Origin: Mobula hypostoma
Taxonomy: Eukaryota
Direction of reading: 5' to 3'
Assembly: GCF_963921235.1 (NCBI RefSeq)
Contig: NC_086097.1
Location: 232,688,001 to 232,752,000, forward strand
DNA length: 64,000 nt
Part shown: one piece after another, positions 38,786-51,304 of the stretch
Layout of the letters: each line of letters begins with the position of its first letter
Position numbering within the stretch: the first letter of the stretch is position 1
Notes under the pieces: generated by a model
Seen by the model: the letters and a program-made list of their open reading frames with translations, nothing else
Databases searched by the model: none
What the model was told of the DNA's origin: nothing
Program-made: the position numbers and the translations under genes

Positions 38786-39397
38786 CTACCAGAAATAAAG
38801 CGTGCACTTTTATTGATCTCGATCCTGTCGCTAACCAAATTAAACACTCCCCGACAGCAAAAAAAATAAGACCAGTTAAACGCAGAAAGATACCTGTTCC
38901 ATTCCGAAGATGCTGGCATCTATCTAGATGCCAACTAGGTCTGTCTAGAGCGGTGTCTGCAGCTGCCAGTTTCACGCTTCGACATTGCGCGAACAGTAAA
39001 GCGCAATTCTGCGCACAGCCCAAAAGGGCGATACCACCACTAGTTTCACTATCGTACTGAATACAAATGCATTTCGCTCCCGGTGATTACATCTCCCAAA
39101 CCCGGAGGAAAAGCCGCTAATTTCATGACCTCAGTCATTGCGCAAGCCAGTGCGCGGCGCGGTTGCTCCCAAACAAGTCATCAGGCCCACAAACTGACAT
39201 TTACAGACACATGATGTTCTCAGCAACGCGCTGTATTTAACGTTACACTTCCAAAAATAACGCAATAATCTACCCAAATAACCTGCAATGTCTGATCGCC
39301 TTTTCAGACGTAATTTATCTCTTAGTTTGCATTTAAACTAGTCACGTCAGCACCACTTTCCTCCCTGAAAATAGGCGGAATGTTAAAGCGACATTAC

Positions 39398-39424
39398 CTT
39401 GTGATAGTCATTTAACGGTCCCAT
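39398..39424 (-). CDS. SYBU: Syntabulin coding exon 1 (MGPLNDYHK)
   Basis: Minus strand reads gcgggATG GGA CCG TTA AAT GAC TAT CAC AAG|GTAATG. This resembles the recalled vertebrate syntabulin N-terminus (MGPLRESK). The phase-0 donor fits the next exon, and the exon lies in a CpG-rich region. Confidence 0.88.
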
Positions 39425-40079
39425 CCCGCCTCTTCCTCCTGGAACCTGTCATTTGGGATGGAAAGAGATACATTAGGCGCATGCGTGTTGATACAGCGGG
39501 GACAGCACACGTGGCAGGGTGCAGGCAGGGCCGAACATCAAACGGAACTCAAAAGGCAGGTTCAGTTCACCTGCAGGACATAGTCGCCCAGCTTCTTCGC
39601 AGAATCGCCCACCTTCGCTCAAAGCCACGCCCGTGGCGTGAAGCTGATGTCGGATTGGACTCGCCCACTTTCACTCAGATTCGGATCCAATCCCTTGCAA
39701 ACATGACTTTGTATTTAACTCAAGGTGGCATATCTTTTCAGTTTAACTTAAAACTAAAAAAAAAGATTCATTTTCAAAACGTCTATCCTCGGCCATTAGA
39801 ATAAAATTTCCGGAAGCATAGAATTAGCCATTATTGGCATGTGACTAATTCAACTGATTTGTGACTGAGACCCATGTCACAGAATCAACACTAGGTATTT
39901 GGACATGCCATTGGGACGACCCAGTCAGCTTGAAACCAGTAACATGGAAAGGGTAAGTCCTTCTCCACACCTCTGCCCCACCATTCTGCACCTGTGTGGA
40001 TCTGTGCACATCATCTAATTCAACCTTTGCCTTTCAGATGGGAAGATGATCAGAGACTTAATCTCCCCAGCTGGATGTA

Positions 40080-41680
40080 AACCATCTCCTGTGCTCCATA
40101 CTTCAACTTATGAAGGCCAATGTGTTGAAAGATGTCTTTATAACCTGATCTACCTGTGATGCCGCTTACAAGAAATTAGGGATGAGTATTCCCAGATCTC
40201 TCAGTTCTACCCCACTCCTCAGCGCCCAACCCGCACCACTGAAATGCAACACCTCACACTTGTCTGCATTAAATTCCATCTTCCATTTATCAGCTTTTTT
40301 TCCCATTTAGTCCAGATCCCACTGAAAGCTTTGATAGTCTTCCTCATTCTCCCCTACCTGATCCCCAATCTTGGTGTCATCCACAAACTTGCTGATCCAG
40401 CTTACTGTATTACCAACCAGATAGTTGATGGAGATGACAAACAAGGTTGGACCCAGCAACGATCCCTGTGGCACACCACTAGTCACAGGCCTCCAGTCAC
40501 TACCACTATCTGGCTTTATCGATTCTATTTCTGGATTTATTGAGTTTGCCTGCAAGAAGATGTAACAGGTTTGTAGGCGCATATATGTACTTCAATAATA
40601 AATTTACTTTGAACTTTGAACTTTGGCTTCTCCAGCAAAGCCAATGTCTAATCCAATTTATTACCTCATCCTGAATACAAAGTGACTGAACCTTCTAGAC
40701 CAACCTCCCATGTGAGACCTAGTCAATGGCCTTACTAAAGTCCATGAGGACAACATCCATAGCCTTGTCTTCTTTGAAAAACTCTGTAAGATTGGTTAGA
40801 CACCACTAATGTCCCTGTTTACTATTCCTAATCTGGCCTTCCATCGAAATACTTACATATCCAGTCTCCTAGAATACCTTCCAGTAACTTATAGACTGAT
40901 GTCAGGTTCAGCAGCCTATAATTTCCTTATTGGTTATTAGAGCTGTTCTTATATAACAGAACAACATTGGCTATCCTTCAATTCTCTGGCACCTCACCCA
41001 TGGCTAAAGACCTTTTAAATATCTCTGCTCGGGGCCCTCCAATTCCTGCACTTTCCCACAGAATCTGAGGGAGCACCTTGTCTGGCCCTGGGGATTTATC
41101 CACACGAATTTGCCTCAAGACAGCAAAAGTTTCCTCTTCTGTAATCTGTATACGGTCCATGACCTCACTGCTGCCTTGCTTCACTTTCATAGACTCTGTG
41201 TCCATCTCCTGAGTAAATAAAGATGCAAAAAATCCATTTAAGATCTCCCCCATCTCTTATGGCTCCATGCATGGTTGACCGCTCTGATCTTGCAGGAGGG
41301 GCAGGACTGGTAGCTCAATGTTGCAGGCAACACACATAAAAGTTGCTGGTGAATGCAGCAGGCCAGGCAGCATCTCTAGGAAGAGGTACAGTCGACGTTT
41401 CGGGCCGAGACGCTTTGTTAGGACTTCCTAGAGATGCTGCCTGGCCTGCTGCATTCACCAGCAACTTTTATGTGTGTCGCTTGAAATTCCAGCATCTGCA
41501 GATTTCCTCGTGTTTTCTTTTGGCCCTCCTGATTTCCTTCTATAAGTGTTCTCTTGCATCTCTTATACTCCATAAGCACCTCATTTATTCCTTCTTGCCT
41601 ATACCTCCTTCTTAATCAAGGCTTAAATATCTCTCAAAACCAAAGTTCCCTAAACCCGTTGTCCTTGCCTTTTATTCTGA
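40080..41680 (-). mobile_element. Decayed CR1 LINE with a nested Rex tail and Penelope hairpin
   Basis: GEILNGFFASLFT..DKSPGPD and WRPVTSGVPQGSLLGPTLFVISIN..KFVDDTKIG. Confidence 0.85.
41327..41512. mobile_element. Palindromic Penelope-derived element (flip isomer)
   Basis: Arms of ~55 bp (acacataaaagttgctggtgaatgcagcaggccaggcagcatctctag / ctagagatgctgcctggcctgctgcattcaccagcaacttttatgtgt) around a hammerhead-containing loop. Confidence 0.85.
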
Positions 41681-42107
41681 AAATTTGATAATAAAGTTAT
41701 TTTGAACTTGGAATCAGAACAATTAATATAGATTCCAAATGTTTTCTTCTACATCTTGCCTATTTTAATGTCTGTCAAATACCAATTAAATATAGTAATT
41801 GTCTCTGATTCCACCACCTCCCCTGGCAAACATCAACCACTCCCTGTGTAAAGAAGCACTATTGTTCTGGGAACCAGATTGCCAGGACAGATAGTGGAGT
41901 GGTTGTGGAGAAAGAGGTTGTTAAACCTACATACAAAATCAAGAATCAAAAGATTGATCACGGTGGGACTAGTATTCTGAGATGCGTACGTATTGTAGGA
42001 AAGGTGGATAAGCTTAGGGCATGGATCAGCATGTGGAATTATGACATTGTAGCCATTAGTGAGACTAGTTTGCAGGAGGGGCAGGACTGGTAGCTCTATG
42101 TTACAGG

Positions 42108-42291
42108 CAACACACATAAAAGTTGCTGGTGAATGCAGCAGGCCAGGCAGCATCTCTAGGAAGTCCTGACGAAGCGTCTTGGCCCGAAACGTCGACTGTA
42201 CCTTTTCGTAGAGATGCTGCCTGGCCTGCTGCGTTCACCAGCAACTTTTATGTGTATTGCTTGAAAGTCCAGCATCTGCAGATTTCCTCGT
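42108..42291. mobile_element. Palindromic Penelope-derived element (flop isomer) with TSD
   Basis: Same arms as 41327-41512; flanked by a TC(T/A)ATGTTACAGG duplication. Confidence 0.88.
42162..42197 (+). ncRNA. Minimal type-I hammerhead ribozyme motif (intact core and ACGT palindrome)
   Basis: AGTC-CTGACGA-A-GCG-TCTTGG-CCC-GAAA-CGTC-GACT, with one mismatch in stem II. Confidence 0.8.
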
Positions 42292-45200
42292 GTCAATGTT
42301 ACAGGGTACCATTGTTTTAGATGTGATAGAGCGGGAGGGATTAAAGGGGGAAGGGTGGCATTACTAGTCAGGGAAATATCACAGCAGTGTTCAGCATAGA
42401 CCGGAGATCTTGTCTGGTAAGGATTTATGGACAGAAAAGTACAACCACATTAATAGGATTATATTATAGACCACTAAACAATCCATGGGATTTAGAACAG
42501 CAAATTTATAAGAGATCATGGACTGTTGCAAGAAACACAAGGTTTTGTTAGTATGTGATTTTAACTTTCGACATATTGACTGGGGCTCCCATATTGTAAA
42601 AGGACTGGATGGGAAAGAGTTTGTTAAATGTGCTTGGGGAAGTTTCCTTAATCAGTCCATAGAAGTCCCAACTAGAGAGAGTGCGAAACTAGATCTCCTA
42701 TTAGGGACGGAGGACAGTGACGGATGTTTGTGTAGGGGAACACTTTGCATCTAGTGATCATAATGCCATTAGATTCAAGGAAATTATGGAAAAGGATTGG
42801 TTTGGTCCTCGAATTGAGAAGCTGAATTGGAGAAAGGCCAATTTTAATGGTATCAGAAAGGATCTGGCAAGTGTGGATTGAGACAGTTTTTTTTGGCAAA
42901 GGTGTAGTTGGTAATTGGGGGGCTTTCAAAAGTGAAACTTTGAGAATAAGGAGTTTATTAAAAGGGAAGGATAACAGGTTTATGGAATGTTAGTTTCCGA
43001 TAGATATTGAGACCCTGGTTAAGAAAAAGAAGGAGATGCATGGCAAGTATAAGCAGGCAGGAAACCGGTGACATTGTGATAACTGTACCAATTATCTGGT
43101 TAATGAGTGAATGGGAGCAGTTGGAGGGTGAGAAAACAGGCAAAAAAACATTGAAGCTTCAGAATGCGGAGTATTAGAACAAAGCCGGCAGGCTGTAGTG
43201 GACACTTCCTCCATTCCCAGAGAGAGAGAAAAAAATCAATGGAAAAATAATCAAATTTAGCTAAAGTTACGGATGGGTGATTGATACAGACTGAAAACTG
43301 AAAACTCAAGTCGCCAAAAGTTGCAGAATTCAATATTAAAATTTCCCAGTCATATTGCTTGAGTCACTCAGGAGAAATGGAAGAAAAACAAAACAAAGCA
43401 TTGCATTGTAGATCAAACATACTAAGAATTGAAAGGCAGAATCCCTCTGGACAGGTTGAAAGAAAAGGAGGGCAGCTGTTATGTAGCAAGATGCTACAGG
43501 GCATCAAATTGTGGGAGGGAAGTAGAAAAACAAGTCTTTCTGAAAATCTATGACAGATACACAGGCTATCAAAGCTTGACCAGTCTGAAAAATGGGTTAA
43601 GAAATGGCAGATGGAATTTATTGCACTCAAATGTGAGGTGTTCAAGGTTCGAACTTCAAAGTAAATTTAATTATCAAAGTACATATATGTCACCATACAC
43701 AACTCTGGGATTCATTTTCCTGTGGGCATACTCAGCAAATCTATAAAACAGTAACTATAGCAGGATCGATGAAAGATCAACCAGAGTGCAGAAGGCAACA
43801 AAATGTGCAAATGCAAATATAAGTAAATAGCAATAAATAATGAGAGCATGAGATGACGACTTCTTGAAAGTGACATCATTGGTTGTGGGTATATTTCAAT
43901 GATGGGGCAAGTGAAATTCAGTGTTGCACTTTGGGAGGAAAAACCAAAGTAGGACTTACATAGTGAACGGTAGGGCACTGAGGAGTGCCATAGAACAGAG
44001 GGCTTGTTTCTGTGCTGTCATGTTTTGTGACTTGATGGGCCAAATGGCCTAATTCTGTTCCTCCATCTTATGGTCTTACATTGATCAAATTTACTGCCAC
44101 AATTGTGATTAAAAGCTGAAAGACAGAACCCCGCTGTACGGATTTACGTAAAAAGAGGGGAGTTGTTATGTAGCAAGATACTACAGGGCATGAAATTGTG
44201 GGAGGAAATTAGAGAAACAAATCCTTATGAAAACCTAAAAGGTATTAAAGACAATAATGCAGTTAATATATTTATAGATTGTGACAAAAGAAGTGAGAAG
44301 AGTAAGCTCTGGAGGGATTTCCCCAAATGTATCCAGCTCTTCAAGGACCATGTTCTGGAAACCTATGTTCATGTTTCAGGAGGTAATCAGTGCTGACAAG
44401 CCATTACTTATCACCAAAATTTGATTGTCCTTGGTGAATCATCTTAATAAACCATTGAAGTTGTTGTAGTAAAAGTATTTCCATATTGTCGGTGAGAAAG
44501 AGTTTAAGTAGGCTGGTGTAAATCCATGGGATTGCAGGGGAATTCCACATGGATAGCACCTGAAGTCAGGATCGAAACCTAGTTATAGGGACTGTGAAAG
44601 GGCAACGTAACTACTCTATCATATTGTGATACCTTGTTGTATGACCTGTAAGCAAGTAAGGATCAAGCACATATAGTATGGCATTGAGTGGGATTGGGGT
44701 TAGCCATGATGGAATGGCAGAGCAGACTCGATGGGTTAAATGGCCTAATTCTGCTCCTATGTCTTATGGTCTTATGGTTTAAATAGTTTCACAGTCAAAG
44801 CCAGCCGTGGCAATATCAATGCTAATTTCTTGCGGTTCAGTTTTGAGTGCAGAATTCAGTAGTTTTTGTGGTAAATTGAGTAAATCTGATTATGATTAAA
44901 CCATAATTTAAAGGGACATCTGGGACAGTTTATCCACGCAAAGGGTGATGCGTATTTGGAAGGAGCCTCCAGAAATAATGGTTGAGGCAGGCATATTAGC
45001 AACAGTTAAAAGCCATCTAGATAGGTACATGAATGGGAGAGGTATGGAAGGCCTCCTTCAAATGAGGTTTTGAAGGGCCAAGTTTGGGCAGTTGGAACAA
45101 GCTTGCTGGATATCACTGTACTGAACGCAACTGAATTCTGCACTCAAAACTGTACTGCAAGAAATTAGCATTGATACCGCCATGACTGGCTTTGACTGTG

Positions 45201-45494
45201 AAACTATTTGCCTGATCCTTACTTGCTTCCAGGTCAGACAAGGTATCACAATATGACAGAGTAGTTATGTCGCCTTTTCACAGTCCCTACAACCTGGATT
45301 CAACCTGGCATGAACCAGTTGGGGCCAGTATAACAGCATTTAAGAAACACTTGGATAGGTACAGTACATGGCTGGATAAGAGTTGAATGCTAGATATTGG
45401 AACTAACTATGTGGGCACAGTGGATGGCATTGGGCTAAAGAGCCTGTATTTGTGCTTTTTTGCTCTATGACTTTATGACTACTGAATATTGAAT

Positions 45495-45855
45495 GACCCT
45501 GATAGAGTGGACATTGAGAGCTCCTTTCCAATAGTGGAGGAATTTAGAACCAGTGGGCAGAGCCTCAGAACACGAGGAGGCCCATTCAGATTAGAGATGA
45601 GGAGAAATTTCTTTCACTAGAGAGCAGCGAGTCTGTGGAATTTGTTGCCACAGATGGCTGCGGAGCACAAGTCAAATAAGTCATGAAGATGTACTTAAAG
45701 TGGAGGTTGATAGCTTCTTGATTAATAAAGGCGTGAAAAGATACGGGCAGAAGACAGGAGAATGGGGTTGAGAGGGATAGTAAATCAGCCATGATTGAAT
45801 GGTGGAGCAGACTCGATGGGCTGAATGGCCTAGTTCTGCTCCATATCTTACGGTC
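45495..45855 (+). mobile_element. CR1 3' fragment
   Basis: gagatgaggagaaatttcttt...ctgtggaatttgttgccacag...gagcagactcgatgggctgaatggcct tail. Confidence 0.8.
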
Positions 45856-47349
45856 TTTCTGGGTTTATACCTAGCAACAATGAAGAAACAACGATATTAC
45901 TTTCATGCTGGAAGGAATTTGCAACTCGGAGGAGAACCTCCAGGTGGTGGTATGGAGTACATTTCAGCACTGACCATAGTATAAACTGGTTGAAAATAGT
46001 TGTGAAATAACACAAAAGTGAAGATTCTAAATGGAAAGACATTATCAGCATATATTTGAAAATGGATCTGGCCATGAAAGAACAGAAACAAACACTATCT
46101 AGTAATGTAGAGGCAATGGGGTCAAATTCAGGACATAGAACATTACAGCCCAATACAGGCTCTTTGGCAAATGATGTTGTGCCGACCTTGCAACTTTAAG
46201 ATCAATGTAACCCTTCCCTTCTACATTGCCCTTTATTTTTTCTGTCTTCCACATGCCTATCTAAAAGTTTCTTAAATGTCCCTAATGCATCTGCCTCTAC
46301 CACCACCCCAGGCACGGTGTTCCATCCACCCACCATTCTCTGTGTAATGAACTTACTATGGCATCCCCCGCTCTACTTTCCTCTAATCACCTTAAAAGTA
46401 TGCCCCCTTGTATTAGCCATTTCCACCTTGGGGAAAAAAAGGTCTCTGGCCATCCACTCCAACTCTGTCTCTTAGCATCTTGTACACAAGTCCCACTCAT
46501 CCTCCCTTGTTCCAAAGAGAAAAGCCCCAGCTCGCTCGCCCTATATTGATAAGAACTTCAGATAGGTCACCCACAAATCAGATGTAGTATATTTATATGA
46601 GCTGAAAAGAAAAAGCACCCAAAGACAGAAGTCCTTTGATGACCAAATAAATTGTAAATAAAAGGAGCTCTTGAATACATTACAGGTTCACAGGATGATG
46701 AAGAATTGTGCAGAATAGAACGAAAAAAGGATTGGAGGACTGGATTGGAATCAGTATCAAAGAATTTAGCATTAAATATTTACAGTAAACCTTTGATAGT
46801 CTGACAAGCTCAGGATTTAGGTAGTGCCTAACAAGTAGATATTCCAACACAGTTAATTAACTTCTCTTTAATGGTACACAGTAGAATAACGAATTTCCCA
46901 AAAAACCTGCTAGATCTGAAGGAAGCACAGGAAAAAGGCTCTGGTAAGTTTGAAGGACGCTCAAGAAAAAGAATCAGGCCAGTTAGAAGGGAACAAGGGA
47001 ACAAAGAGCCCACTGTGTGGGCACTGCTGGCATTGTTAGGAACTGCTCTGGGAGAATGGAGACTCAAGAAGTTGGTTATGGTGCGTTCTGTGTTGTTCTG
47101 TTGAACACTGTGGGCATGCCCTGGTGACGCCGGAGTGTTTGATGACGTTCATAGGTTGTGCTGGTTATTAGCACAAACAGTGCATTTCACTGTATCTTTC
47201 GATTGCTAAATAAATCTGAATTTGAATCTGAGTAGGTGTGACAAATAAATTGTAATCTGCGTAGGTGGGGAGGGCAGCAAATATAAGCTGGTGAGCTAGA
47301 AACTGAATGATTGGAATTTTGTACGGCAGGTTATTGCAACTTAACATTG

Positions 47350-49570
47350 AGTAACTATATTTCATTAGGAGTTTGAGATTTGGTATGTCACCAAAGACAC
47401 TTGCAAGTCTCTACAGATGTATCGTGGAGAGCTTTCTAACTGGGTGCATTACCATCTGGCAGTGTGGTGGTGGGGGCACTGCACAGGATCAAAATAAGCT
47501 GCAAAGAGTTGTAAACTCACTCAGCTCCATCATGGGCTCCCCAGCATCCAGGACATCTTTAAGGAGCGGTGCCTCAAAAAGGTGGCAGCCATCATTAAGG
47601 ACCCCCATCACCCAAGACATGCCCTTTTCTCATTGCTATCATCAGGTAGGAGGTACAAGAGCCTGAAAGTGCACACTCAGCGATTCAGGAACAGCTTCTT
47701 CCTGCCTGCCATCAGATTGCTGAATGGACATTGAACCTATGAACACCACCTCACTGCTTTTTAAGCACGACTTACTTAAAGACTGTACAGCCCAGCTAAC
47801 AGAAGAGGTGCTGACTGATATATTCAACATCTCTCTGGAACAGTCCACTGTCCCCTTGGTTTTCAAGGTGGTAGCCATCATTCCAGTGCCAAAGAAGGTG
47901 ATGGTAACCTGCCTAAATGACCATCATCCAGTGACATTAACATCAACCATTACGAAATGCTTTGAGCAGCTGGTCATGGAGCACATTAAAGCCTTACTCC
48001 AGCTCCATTAGCCCCTTTCCACTTTGCCTATCACTCAAATCAATCCAGTGAGGATACAATAGCCTCTGCCCTCCACTCTGTCCTGTCCCACCTGGAAATT
48101 GGAGCCTCATATACTAGACTGCTGTTTATAGACTTTAGTTCAGCATTCAACACCATCATACCCCAGAAGCTATAAGACCATAAGGTATAGGAGCAGAAGG
48201 AGGCTATTGAACCCATCGAGTCTACTCCGCCATTCAATCATGGGCTGATCCAATTCTTCCAGTCATCCCAACTCCCCTGCCTTCACCCCATACTCTTTGA
48301 TACTCTGGCTAATCAAGAACCTATCTACCTCTAACTTAAATGCACCCAGTGACTTGACCTCCACAGCCACTTGCAGCAACAAATTCCACAGATTTACCAC
48401 CCTTTGATTAAAGTAATTTCTCTGCATCTCAGTTCTAAATGGACATCCTTCAATCCTGAAGTCGTGCCCTCTTGTCCGAGACTCCCCTGAAACTGATGGG
48501 GAAACTGTCCTTGCTGGGCCTCAACACCTCCTTCTGCAACTGAATCCTGGACTTCTTAACAGAAAGGCCACAGTCAGTCCATGAGGACAGCAACGTCTCT
48601 AGTCCAATTACTCTGAGCACTGGCACTACCCGGGGCTGTGTGCTCAGTCCGCTGCTGTTCGCACTGCTGATGCACGACTGTGTCGTAGGATCCAGCTTAA
48701 ACCGTGTCATCAGGTTTGTGGATGACACAACAGTGGTTGGCCTCATCAACAACACTGATGAGTCGGAGCACAGAGAGGAAGTGGAGAAGCTGGTGGACTG
48801 GTACGAAAACAACAACCTAAGTCTGAATGTGAAGAAGACCAAGGAAATCATTCAGGATTGTGCAGATGAACCATCCCCCTCTACGAATACATGGCTCCTC
48901 CATAGAGAGAGTTAAGTGCATCAAGATCCTGGGAGTTCACATCTCCGATGACCTCAACTCCCTGAATAACAAGGCACTGTGGCATCTCCACTTCCAAGGG
49001 AGATTGAGAAGAGTGAGGCTCTCTCACCATCTTAAATGCATTTTATAGGAGCATAATTGAGAGCATCCTGACAAGAAGCATCTCCATCTGGTATGGGAGC
49101 AGCTAAGCATTGGACCCGACAAAGGACTATGAGGAAAAAATGAGAGAACCATAGCGTCTCCCTGCCATCATGAAGGACATTTATCAGGAGCGCTGCATTT
49201 GTAGGGCCCTTTGAATTATTAAGGATCCCACTCATCCATCCTCTTTGACTTTCTACCATCAGGCAGGAGACTACAATGCATCTGAACAAGAATGGTTAGG
49301 ATGGGAAACAGTTTCTTCCCCCAGGCCATTAGGCTATTGAATTCAAAGTGTCACTGGTTAATCTGTTCTGTACCTTACAATATTTAATTTATGTATTTTA
49401 GTTTGTTTATTTATGTGTAATCCATCTGTAGATTCCACCATTACTTTCATAAGTTATATGTGATGTGTGTATTATGTATACTACAGTACTTTACACCCTG
49501 ATTTGGAGAACCACCTTTACGGTATACATCTGCGGTATATGGTTAAATGACAATAGACTTGACTTGAATT
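47350..49570 (+). mobile_element. Rex1/Babar LINE cluster (3' fragment, then an RT-bearing copy split by a CR1 at ~48172-48484)
   Basis: RFGMSPKTLASLYRCIVESFLTGCITIW; LTDIFNISLEQSTVP..IIPVPKK; LFIDFSSAFNTIIP; GCVLSPLLFALLMHDC..RFVDDTTVVGLI. The CR1 is flanked by cccc(a/t)gaa(g/a)ct. Confidence 0.9.
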
Positions 49571-49689
49571 TAATTTTTATATATATACTTACTGTAACTC
49601 ACAGTTTTTATTATTATGTATTGCAATGTACTGCTGGCACACAACAACAAATTTCATGACATTTGCTGATACTATGTCATTGTAATTTG

Positions 49690-50835
49690 CCTATCGCCAC
49701 CATAGGTCTGCAGCAGGTGCCATCTCAATGGCTTTTCACACAGCCTTAGATCACCTGGACAATACAAACACCTATGTCAAGATGCTGTTCGTTGACTCTA
49801 GCTCAGTGTTTAACACCATCATTCCCACATTAATCAGGAATTTATTATTAATAAGTTACAGAACTGAGGCCTCTGTACCTCCCTCTACAATTGGATCCTT
49901 GACTCCCAAACTGGAAGACCACAATCTGTGTGGATTGGTGATAATATCTCCTCCTCAATGCTGGTGCACATCAGCGGTATATGCTTAGCCCACTACTCTA
50001 CTCCCTCTATACCCATGACTGTGTGGCTAGGTATAGCTCAACTATCATCTATAAATTTGCTGATGATACAACAATTGTTGGTAGAATCTCAGATGGAAAT
50101 GAGAGTGTGTGCAGAAGTGAGATATACCAGCTAGTTTAGTGGAGAGAGTGAGCAATTTCAAGTTCCTGGGTGTCAAGACCTCTGAGAATTCAACCTGGTT
50201 CCAACATATTGATGCAGCTATAAAGAAGTCAAGACAGCGGCTATATTTCATTAGGAGTTTGAAAAGGTTTGGTTTGTCAACTAGAACACTTGGAAACTTG
50301 TGTGCATATACTGTGGAGAGCACTCTGACAGGCTGCATCACTGTCTGATATGGGGTGGCTACTGCACAGGACCAAAAGTCGTAAAATTAGTCAGCTACGT
50401 CTTGGGTACTGGCCTACATAGTACCCAAGACATCTTCAAGGAGCGGTGCCTCAGGAAAGTGATGTACATTATTAAGGACACCCATCACCCCCAGACATGC
50501 CCTCTTCTCATTGCTACCATCAGAAAGCAGGTACAGAAACGTGAAGGCACACACTCAATGATTCAGGAACAGCTTCGTCCCCTTTGCAGTAAGATTCCTA
50601 AATGGACATTGAACCCATGAACTTAGCTCATTTATAAAAAGTATATATTATTTCAGTTTTTGCACTATTTTTAATCTATTCAATATTCAATACATACTAT
50701 AATTGATTGATTAATTGATTTATTGATTTATTTATTTATTCTTTCTATATTATCATGTATGGCATTGAACCGCTGCTGCTAAATTAACAAATTTCACGAC
50801 ACATGCCGGTGATAATAAACCTGATTCTGATTCTG
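49690..50835 (+). mobile_element. Rex1/Babar LINE, internally deleted
   Basis: HTALDHLDNTNTYVKMLFVDSSSVFNTIIP; KFADDT; ERVSNFKFLGV..RQRLYFIRSLKRFG; (ctgatt)n tail. Confidence 0.88.
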
Positions 50836-50954
50836 ATGCAGGTTAATAGAGGACAATAAAATATTATATGAATGTATGCAAAATGGTGATTCGAAGAGAC
50901 CAGACAGCTTCTGAGAGCCAAAGTGCTAAATAAGTAGGCCTCACCCATCTTCCC

Positions 50955-51260
50955 TCTTTTTTTAATTTCCTTTCACGGGATGTAAACATCACAGTCAAGG
51001 CCACATTTTATTGAACTGCCTCTGTAATTAAACCTTGTTGGACAATTCTAGAGGGCAGATCAGGTAAGAAGAGATTTTTGAATCTAAAGGACATTATTGA
51101 AGCAGGGAGATTTTATAACATGCTGGTCACTTCATGGTCAACATTGCCAACAGTACATATTTATTCTAGATTATTTAATTAACTAAATCCAATTTTCCAA
51201 GCTATCGACGTGGAATTTGAACGTTTATTTATCCAGGCCTCTGGAAGGTTATTTAACATG
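50955..51260 (-). mobile_element. Old SINE remnant, possibly SacSINE1/DeuSINE-like
   Basis: Resembles a recalled shark SINE (gggatgt..ggccacattttattg..caggtaag..ctaaaggacatta..ggaatttgaac); highly decayed. Confidence 0.4.
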
Positions 51261-51304
51261 GTCCATAGTACTTAAAGATGAACTTACTACATTCATCCAA
51301 GTAA

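Larger units (their letters stand above)
38250..39700 (-). promoter_or_regulatory. CpG-rich, TE-free promoter/5' region of SYBU
   Basis: Visibly CpG-dense compared with the CpG-depleted surroundings. Contains an NRF1-like GCGCATGCG (39477-39485), an E-box CACGTG (39508-39513) just upstream of the ATG, and a CRE-like GTCACGTCA (39341-39349). The TSS is not determined. Confidence 0.7.
41860..43060 (+). mobile_element. CR1 LINE 5' ORF2 (APE endonuclease) remnant
   Basis: WNYDIVAISETSLQEGQDW, CDFNFRHIDW, PTRESAKLDLLL and SDHN. Confidence 0.85.

Noticed and set aside
38518..39060. Several overlapping 100-130-aa ORFs
   Set aside because: Alternative or antisense frames across SYBU exon 2 in GC-rich DNA. 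Only the frame of 38573-38776 matches a known protein.
47373..50348. Host gene with a DUF1891/ALKBH8-N-like domain
   Set aside because: The motif is part of Rex1/Babar LINE ORFs. It occurs in several decayed copies next to RT motifs.
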